From a virus, in IMG/VR virus record IMGVR_UViG_3300045988_068058, positions 1 through 44,843 of that record: a DNA stretch of 44,843 nucleotides, one strand, 5' to 3'. This document shows, in pieces, positions 15,789 through 21,400 of the stretch. Under the pieces are notes generated by a model. The model searched no databases. It worked only from the letters and a program-made list of their open reading frames with translations, and was not told the origin of the DNA. The position numbers were made by a program, and so were the translations under genes. Each line of letters opens with the position of its first letter. Positions within the stretch are counted from its first letter, which is position 1.

Positions 15789-16174
15789 TGGACAGATGGG
15801 AATATTTCAATCCGAATCCTGCCGGGAATCGAGTCGGAGATTGTGCTGTCCGGGCAATATGCAAGGCAACCGGGTTCGACTGGGAAACAGTATTCGCCGG
15901 ATTAATGATACAGGCGTGTACTCTGTCAGATATGCCGAGTGCAAATTATGTCTGGGGAGCGTACCTCTATAAACGTGGGTACAGGCGCAAACTGATTGAA
16001 CAGTCAGAACGATATATCTATACGGTCAACGACTTTTGCACAGACCATCCAACAGGCACGTATATTCTCTGCATAGATGGTCATGTAGTGACAGTACAAG
16101 AGGGTAAATATTTCGATACATGGGATTCCGGCAACGAGATCCCGGTATATTACTGGGAAAAGGAGAATAAATGA
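15788..16174 (+). CDS. Hypothetical protein with a papain-like Cys/His/Asp pattern
   Basis: TGATG overlap with the previous gene. Conserved-looking motifs NPNP..VGDCAVRAI, IDGHVVTV and FDTWDSG. The function call is low confidence. Confidence 0.55.
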   Translation: MDRWEYFNPNPAGNRVGDCAVRAICKATGFDWETVFAGLMIQACTLSDMPSANYVWGAYLYKRGYRRKLIEQSERYIYTVNDFCTDHPTGTYILCIDGHVVTVQEGKYFDTWDSGNEIPVYYWEKENK

Positions 16175-16476
16175 GCATATCAGAATTTGTACAGATTTTC
16201 TTGTCTATCTGTGGAGGGGTGTCCATTGTCGGAGGGGCAGCGGCTGTAATCTTTAAGTGGATTACACCGGCGTTTCGACTTAATAAGCGAGTAGAGACAC
16301 TGGAAGAACATGATAGACGAGATTATGAAAGCCTTCGGAGAATCGCAGAACGAGATTCATTGATTCTGGAAGTGTTGTCGACCATGTTAGACAGCCAGAT
16401 TAGCGGAAACAATGTGGAAGAATTAAAAAAAACAAAACAGAAGCTCACGGAGTATCTCGCGCAGAATCAGCGGTAG
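16171..16476 (+). CDS. Single-pass membrane protein with coiled-coil tail
   Basis: ATGA overlap with the previous gene. TM segment FVQIFLSICGGVSIVGGAAAVIF. Confidence 0.6.
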   Translation: MSISEFVQIFLSICGGVSIVGGAAAVIFKWITPAFRLNKRVETLEEHDRRDYESLRRIAERDSLILEVLSTMLDSQISGNNVEELKKTKQKLTEYLAQNQR

Positions 16477-16496
16477 TATTGATAAGGGGTATGCTC

Positions 16497-16697
16497 ATGA
16501 AATTATATGTGTTCACAAAGAAAGATATAGACAGATTCTTGATAGAGTGTAATTTTACACCGGACGAGGAAAGGTTATTCCGATTGAGGTGTAAGGAATA
16601 CACTCTTGAATACTGCGCTGAACAGATGAATGTGAGTATATCCACGGCGAAACGATTAAGCCGGAGGGTGAATAATAAAATAATTAAAGTGTGTTAA
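16497..16697 (+). CDS. Sigma-70 region-4-like HTH regulator (66 aa)
   Basis: TPDEERLFRLRCKEYTLEYCAEQMNVSISTAKRLSRRVNNKI fits the region-4 HTH pattern. RBS AAGGGG lies 8 nt upstream of ATG 16497. Confidence 0.6.
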   Translation: MKLYVFTKKDIDRFLIECNFTPDEERLFRLRCKEYTLEYCAEQMNVSISTAKRLSRRVNNKIIKVC

Positions 16698-16708
16698 GAT
16701 GACAATAA

Positions 16709-16746
16709 AAGCCCCCGGGATTATCTCTCAGGGGCTTATTTTTATT
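16709..16746. terminator. Bidirectional intrinsic terminator between convergent genes
   Basis: AAGCCCC / GGGGCTT stem with an A-run on the 5' side and a T-run on the 3' side. Confidence 0.7.
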
Positions 16747-16966
16747 CTGATTTTATCGTTATAATTGCGGCATTTGCGAACAATTCAAGTTCTACATTTC
16801 GTGTTTCAATTTCTTCATCGTAATAATCTAGCATGTCATTGTAAAGACCGTCAAGATCATCTGATGCGCCAGCCATAAAATGGTTGGAACCATCTTCATA
16901 AATTTCAAATATGTCAATACGAGTTTGATTTTTTTTCGCTTTTTCAAACGCCTGTTTAAACTTCAC
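16742..16966 (-). CDS. Small, highly acidic protein (74 aa), third gene of the RHH cassette
   Basis: GTG start 6 nt after AGGAGG. Asp/Glu-rich (DDLDGLYNDMLDYYDEEIE). Confidence 0.6.
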   Translation of the reverse strand: MKFKQAFEKAKKNQTRIDIFEIYEDGSNHFMAGASDDLDGLYNDMLDYYDEEIETRNVELELFANAAIITIKSE

Positions 16967-16980
16967 TTTCTTCCTCCTAC

Positions 16981-17184
16981 TTATGCCCGAGCGTACGAAA
17001 TAAAATTCTGCTCGGCGGTTTCGTCAACGAGTTCCGCCGGGATTCTCACCCAGTTCTCACCCAGAGAATTTATAAAATCCTCTTTCTGGGACTCTGTGCC
17101 GCACAGCCAAGCTGCTGTAACTTTGGCACATCCGAAGTTTTCGGAATTGTTCCGCGCCACCTGTTTTAATTCAAATTTCTTCAT
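16981..17184 (-). CDS. Hypothetical 67-aa protein, second gene of the RHH cassette
   Basis: RBS GGAGGA upstream of the ATG. Confidence 0.6.
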   Translation of the reverse strand: MKKFELKQVARNNSENFGCAKVTAAWLCGTESQKEDFINSLGENWVRIPAELVDETAEQNFISYARA

Positions 17185-17252
17185 CTTTTGTCCTCCGTTC
17201 CGCCCCTGTCCGGGGCTGTGTGATTGATTTCTTTAACTGTCCTTATTATACA

Positions 17253-17290
17253 TATATGTGCGTTATATGTCAAGCGTATATGTGCGTTAT
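17253..17290. promoter_or_regulatory. Two direct copies of TATATGTGCGTTAT (putative RHH operator)
   Basis: Copies at 17253-17266 and 17277-17290, between the RHH gene and the next gene. A third copy lies at 17505-17516. Confidence 0.5.
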
Positions 17291-17292
17291 TT

Positions 17293-17472
17293 TTATTTTT
17301 TTTCTAGCCTGTCGAGTTCTGACAGAACAATGTCTCGAATAAAGGCACTGTTACTCTTGCCAAGGCCGAGCTTTTCAATTCTCTCTTTAGTTCCTTTTGG
17401 AAAGACAATATTCAGTCTATAGTTGTTGTTCTCATACTTCCTTACTGCTCTTTTCTGCGCTTCTGTTGCCAT
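17293..17472 (-). CDS. Ribbon-helix-helix (Arc/CopG-type) DNA-binding protein
   Basis: MATEAQKRAVRKYENNNYRLNIVFPKGTKERIEKL..SNSAFIRDIVLSEL fits a beta-alpha-alpha RHH pattern. RBS AAGGAGGG upstream. Confidence 0.7.
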   Translation of the reverse strand: MATEAQKRAVRKYENNNYRLNIVFPKGTKERIEKLGLGKSNSAFIRDIVLSELDRLEKK

Positions 17473-17504
17473 GTTAATCCCTCCTTTTTTCTTAATTATA
17501 AATC

Positions 17505-17516
17505 TATGTGCGTTAT
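17505..17516. promoter_or_regulatory. Third TATGTGCGTTAT operator copy, in the divergent promoter region
   Basis: Exact 12-mer shared with 17255-17266 and 17279-17290. Confidence 0.5.
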
Positions 17517-17600
17517 TGCACAATACTTTTTCGATACTTTTTTGAACTTTTTAGATTGATACATCTATGTAAAAATATAATCAGAAAGGCGGTGCATAAG

Positions 17601-18071
17601 ATGGCATTATATAACAATCCTTATCAATATAGCTTTGGCGTTCCGGGACAGATGAATCAGTTTCAGCAACAGCCTGTCCAGATGCCAGCTCAACCAGTGC
17701 AGCAACCACAGCAGAATAATAATGGTATCTTGTGGGTATCTGGCGAAGTCGGCGCAAAATCCTATCTGGTAGCACCCGGGACAAGCGTTTTACTAATGGA
17801 TTCAGAGGCAGAAAGATTCTTTATAAAATCCACAGACGTTTCCGGTATGCCACAGCCATTACGGACGTTTGAATACCACGAGGTAGGCGCTCAGATGCCG
17901 CCTAAACAGCCTGTTCAGAACATGGACAGTAAATATGTCACCAGACAGGAATATGACGATTTAAAAGGCAAATACGAAGCTATCATAAATCGATTAAATT
18001 CTTTTTCTGAACCTGTTAGGGCTAATACCGTACAGGAATCAGGAGCCAAAGGAGGAAATGCAGATGAGTAA
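17601..18071 (+). CDS. Gln/Pro-rich N-terminus plus beta-rich domain protein (GerQ-like architecture)
   Basis: RBS AGAAAGG upstream. QMNQFQQQPVQMPAQPVQQPQQNNN tail followed by GILWVSGEVGAKSYLVAPGTSVLLMD... Confidence 0.65.
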   Translation: MALYNNPYQYSFGVPGQMNQFQQQPVQMPAQPVQQPQQNNNGILWVSGEVGAKSYLVAPGTSVLLMDSEAERFFIKSTDVSGMPQPLRTFEYHEVGAQMPPKQPVQNMDSKYVTRQEYDDLKGKYEAIINRLNSFSEPVRANTVQESGAKGGNADE

Positions 18072-18285
18072 TCCATTATTCAATGCCCTCGGTGGTGGGA
18101 TGCCACAGGGAAACGGACCAATGCAGATGATACAGCAGTTTATGCAGTTTAAACAGAATTTTAAGGGAGATCCAAAAGCAGAAGTACAGAAAATGCTTCA
18201 GTCAGGAAAAATCTCTCAGCAACAGCTTAATCAAGTTCAGCAGATGGCGGGACAGTTCCAGCACATGCTGAAAGGAATGAAATAG
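18058..18285 (+). CDS. Gln/Met-rich 75-aa protein
   Basis: Overlaps the previous stop. Low-complexity, Gln-rich sequence. Confidence 0.55.
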   Translation: MQMSNPLFNALGGGMPQGNGPMQMIQQFMQFKQNFKGDPKAEVQKMLQSGKISQQQLNQVQQMAGQFQHMLKGMK

Positions 18286-18339
18286 TACATTACAATCTGG
18301 CCAGATTGATGTAAATACACAATAAAGGAGATTATAACT

Positions 18340-19119
18340 ATGGATGGAAATTATAGCTTAGCAGATATTGCCGCAGCTACTGGAAACGGTAGAAATAATG
18401 ACGGCATGTTTGGTGGAGATGGTGTATGGTGGCTTATCGTGCTTTTCTTATTCGTATTCTGCGGATGGGGAAACAATGGCTGGGGCAATAACGGCAACGG
18501 CGGTGGATATACAGCCACAGCAGCTACTCAGGCAGACATTCAGAGAGGATTCGATAACTCCGCAGTAATTAGCAAGCTTGACGGAATCAACAACGGTCTC
18601 TGTGATGGATTCTACGCAGTGAACAATGGTATGCTTACCGGATTTAACGGAATCAACACAAACATCATGCAGACTGGTTTCGGTATCCAGCAGGCAATCA
18701 ATGCTGACACTGTGGCTAATATGCAGAATACAAACGCATTGCAGGCACAGCTTGCGAACTGCTGTTGCGAAACCAGGGAAGCTATCCAGGGCATAAACTA
18801 CAATATGGCACAGAACACCTGTGCATTGCAGAACACCATGAACAGCAACACAAGAGACATTATTGACAGTCAGAATGCAGGAACAAGAGCCATTCTCGAT
18901 TATCTTTGCAATGAAAAGATTTCTAACCTGCAGGCTGAAAACAATGATCTCAGACGTGCTGCTTCTCAGGACCGCCAGAGTGCACTTCTCACAACTGCAA
19001 TGGCTTCTCAGACACAGCAGCTTATTAATGCAATCAATCCGGCACCGATTCCGGCATATCAGGTACCTAACCCAAACACATATTACGGATGCGGATGTAA
19101 CACCGGATGCAATTGTTAA
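18340..19119 (+). CDS. Membrane-anchored Gly/Asn/Trp-repeat, Asn/Gln-rich, Cys-rich protein
   Basis: RBS AAAGGAG upstream. TM segment VWWLIVLFLFVFCGW, repeat GWGNNGWGNNGNGGG, a CCC triplet, and C-terminal YYGCGCNTGCNC. Confidence 0.65.
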   Translation: MDGNYSLADIAAATGNGRNNDGMFGGDGVWWLIVLFLFVFCGWGNNGWGNNGNGGGYTATAATQADIQRGFDNSAVISKLDGINNGLCDGFYAVNNGMLTGFNGINTNIMQTGFGIQQAINADTVANMQNTNALQAQLANCCCETREAIQGINYNMAQNTCALQNTMNSNTRDIIDSQNAGTRAILDYLCNEKISNLQAENNDLRRAASQDRQSALLTTAMASQTQQLINAINPAPIPAYQVPNPNTYYGCGCNTGCNC

Positions 19120-19230
19120 TAACTTCATATCGAGAGTATCTTTCGATTGAATCGAATGTCGGCTTATGCCGTATTACACAGAGGGGCAGGCTGAGACCTG
19201 TCCTTTTGTGATATGAAAGGAGTATTTTTT

Positions 19231-19653
19231 ATGGCAGAATTTACAAGTATAGCTGCACAGACTGTAGCAGCAAAAGGAAACGTAGTATTTTCAAACACAG
19301 CAGTTAAAGGTTCTAACTGTATTCAGCACAGAGAGGGAAGCGGAATCATCACGCTGAGAGGGCTGACTAACCAGTGCAAAGCGAGATTCTTCGTGGATTT
19401 TTCTGGTAATATCGCAATTCCCACCGGCGGTACTGTCGGAGCTATTTCTCTGGCTATTGCAATTTCTGGTGAGCCGGTTCTTTCTTCACAGATGATTTCC
19501 ACACCGGCGGCAGTAGATCAGTATAACAATGTGTCCTCTGGTATCTATATTGATGTACCTCGCGGATGCTGCGTTAATATTGCAGTGGAGAACACAAGCG
19601 ATCAGGCGATTTCTGTTGCGAACGCAAACATTGTTGTAACCAGAGAAGCGTAG
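19231..19653 (+). CDS. All-beta 140-aa protein resembling BclA C-terminal / BxpB (C1q/TNF-like) exosporium proteins
   Basis: RBS AAGGAG 8 nt upstream. The strand pattern (...ARFFVDFSGNIAIPTGG..ISLAIAISGEPV...IYIDVP..CCVNIAVEN...ANIVVT) resembles that family from memory. Confidence 0.6.
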   Translation: MAEFTSIAAQTVAAKGNVVFSNTAVKGSNCIQHREGSGIITLRGLTNQCKARFFVDFSGNIAIPTGGTVGAISLAIAISGEPVLSSQMISTPAAVDQYNNVSSGIYIDVPRGCCVNIAVENTSDQAISVANANIVVTREA

Positions 19654-19664
19654 GAGGTGCGATT

Positions 19665-20219
19665 ATGAGAGACATTAAAGACTTATGTGCAAGAATTGAA
19701 GATGAGCTGTCCAAAATCGCTGACAATGGACTGACCACCGGAAATCTGGAAATGACATACAAACTGATTGATATGTATAAAGATATCAAGAATACGCAGT
19801 ACTGGGATAAGAAAGTTGAGTATTACAATACTGTCCTTGATGAGATGCGTGGTGGATATAATGACGATTACAGCGAACGTGGAAGAAAGCGTGATAGCAT
19901 GGGGAAATACAGCTCAAATGACGGCAGAATGATGCCAGATTACGACCGGGGCAGTTCTTATGCCAGACGTGGCGAGCATTATGTCAGAGGACATTACAGC
20001 CGTTCTGATGGGCAAGACGCCTACGATGACTACATGACACAGAAACAGAGCTATCGTTCCGACAAATCTGAGGACTGCAAAAGAAAGATGCTTGCCGCTC
20101 TGGAAGAACATCTGGACGAACTCACGACAGAAATGAGCGATATGTCCAAGGATGCAGAGTGCCGGGAAGAACGTGATCTTGTCAAGAGATACGTGGAAAA
20201 GCTCCGTGATATGCTCTAA
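19665..20219 (+). CDS. Protein with helical ends and an Arg/Asp/Tyr/Ser/Gly-rich disordered core
   Basis: RBS GGAGGTG upstream; 184 aa. Confidence 0.65.
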   Translation: MRDIKDLCARIEDELSKIADNGLTTGNLEMTYKLIDMYKDIKNTQYWDKKVEYYNTVLDEMRGGYNDDYSERGRKRDSMGKYSSNDGRMMPDYDRGSSYARRGEHYVRGHYSRSDGQDAYDDYMTQKQSYRSDKSEDCKRKMLAALEEHLDELTTEMSDMSKDAECREERDLVKRYVEKLRDML

Positions 20220-20229
20220 AAACGTAAAA

Positions 20230-20265
20230 GTGGTAGAGAGGTAGTTAAAAGAAATCTGTTATAAT
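20230..20265 (+). promoter_or_regulatory. Candidate late promoter: box GTGGTAGAGAG - N16 - TGtTATAAT
   Basis: Second copy of the 9258-9293 architecture, with a consensus extended -10. Confidence 0.45.
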
Positions 20266-20338
20266 GTAATTGCGCAACAGGAAGCACAACGGTTGTTTTG
20301 ACGTTTTCGTTTTACCCTCCTTTCTTAAAGTAGCTGGT

Positions 20339-20387
20339 ACACACGCTTTAGTGGAAACTCAAGCAGGTTCGAACCCTGCCGTGTGTA
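20339..20387 (+). ncRNA. 48-nt tRNA-like minihelix (acceptor stem + canonical T-arm, no anticodon arm)
   Basis: ACACACG pairs with CGTGTGT. T-arm is GCAGG-TTCGAAC-CCTGC. Only 17 nt (CTTTAGTGGAAACTCAA) lie between the acceptor 5' strand and the T-stem. Confidence 0.45.
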
Positions 20388-20538
20388 TTTGCCGTCTGGC
20401 ACGCAAGATGGCGCACCTCCTTGATTAAGGTTTTTGTATTCATAAAGTTTTTCCTTTGAAAAAGAAATAAATATCCGAAACAACTCGTGGCAGGCATGAC
20501 ACGTAAAATACCTTGCTAACCCGGGAATCCGGGTTAAT

Positions 20539-20611
20539 GGAAATATAGCTCTAGTGGTAGAGCAGTATTCGCATAGAATATTGGTCAGAGGTTCGATTCC
20601 TCTTATTTCCT
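20539..20611 (+). tRNA. tRNA-like gene, anticodon CAT (Met/Ile2-type), non-canonical (G33, T14); no encoded CCA
   Basis: Hand-folded cloverleaf: GGAAATA-TA-GCTC-TAGTGGTA-GAGC-A-GTATT-CGCATAG-AATAT-TGGTC-AGAGG-TTCGATT-CCTCT-TATTTCC-T. Confidence 0.6.
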
Positions 20612-20687
20612 TACCCTGCCAGTGGTCTAACTGGCTTAATCCATTTACCTGCGGCGGCAGGTCAATAAACACGACCAGGAGGATATT

Positions 20688-21323
20688 ATGCAGAAACTTA
20701 TTGACACATTAAAATCGTTTGGAATTGAAATCCCGGAGGACAAACAGGCAGATGTAAAGAAAGCACTCTCTGAGCATTATAAGAATGCAAAGGAAGTAGC
20801 AAAGACCCTGCTAAAAGTCGAGGGAGAGCGTGACAACTGGAAAGAACGTGCTGAGACAGCAGAAGAGACATTAAAAGGTTTTGACGGTATCGACCCGGCG
20901 AATATCCAGACAGAACTTGCTGGATGGAAGAAAAAAGCCGAGGATGCAGAGAAAGAATTCAATGCAAAGATCTATGACCGTGATTTCTCAGATACTCTGA
21001 AAGCGGCACTTGACGATGTTAAGTTTTCCAGTGAAGCGGCTAAGAAGTCAGTCATGGCAGACATCAAAGAAGCCGGATTAAAGCTGAAAGACGGGAAAAT
21101 CCTTGGACTGAATGACCTGATTGAACAGATGAAGCAGTCTGACGCATCCGCTTTTGTGGATGAATCTCAGCAGCAGGCTCAGCAGAATCAGGCAAGATTC
21201 GCAGCACCGCGGATTGGACAGCAGCAGACACCGGGGAGCATGACTAAAAAAGATATCGAAGCAATTAAAGACCCGTCCGAGAGACAGGCCGCAATTGCTC
21301 AGAATATCCAGTTATTCCAGTGA
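20688..21323 (+). CDS. Capsid scaffolding protein (DUF4355-like)
   Basis: Charged coiled-coil protein with a Gln-rich C-terminus, immediately upstream of the major capsid gene. Confidence 0.75.
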   Translation: MQKLIDTLKSFGIEIPEDKQADVKKALSEHYKNAKEVAKTLLKVEGERDNWKERAETAEETLKGFDGIDPANIQTELAGWKKKAEDAEKEFNAKIYDRDFSDTLKAALDDVKFSSEAAKKSVMADIKEAGLKLKDGKILGLNDLIEQMKQSDASAFVDESQQQAQQNQARFAAPRIGQQQTPGSMTKKDIEAIKDPSERQAAIAQNIQLFQ

Positions 21324-21332
21324 TTTTTACAC

Positions 21333-21362
21333 CGACTATACACCAGAGTATAGCCGCTAACC
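21333..21362 (+). promoter_or_regulatory. Conserved 5'-UTR hairpin + CTAACC element (copy 1, upstream of the major capsid gene)
   Basis: CGACTATAC-ACCAGA-GTATAGCCG-CTAACC. The whole 70-nt leader is homologous to 25256-25326. Confidence 0.4.
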
Positions 21363-21400
21363 CAATACCTTAACAATTATGGGTAGAAAGGATTTTTTAT

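Noticed and set aside
15364-15972. Out-of-frame + strand ORFs nested in real genes (15364..15684, 15781..15972, 6257..6547, 25595..25777, 25960..26283, 28008..28280, 30221..30460, 32816..33193, 35742..35924, 44362..44568)
   Set aside because: They are fully embedded in longer ORFs that carry recognisable domains. They have no RBS, and their products are basic or low-complexity as expected for off-frame translation.
18448-19128. 226-aa minus-strand ORF (plus the 18612..18794 minus ORF and the + strand ORFs 18368..18568 and 18863..19150) overlapping the Asn/Gln/Cys-rich gene
   Set aside because: They are shadow ORFs of a low-complexity, codon-biased gene. They have no RBS, and their Cys/Ser/Val-rich products look like nonsense. 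The + strand frame 18340..19119 has an RBS and fits the operon.
20539-20611. Suppressor tRNA or alternative genetic code
   Set aside because: The anticodon reads CAT, which is not complementary to a stop codon. All large genes are intact under the standard bacterial code, with normal use of TAA, TGA and TAG stops.
20325-20672. 115-aa minus-strand ORF in the capsid-operon leader
   Set aside because: It runs straight through two tRNA-like structures with canonical + strand T-loops (GGTTCGAWYCC). It has no RBS or start context, so the region is better explained as structured RNA.
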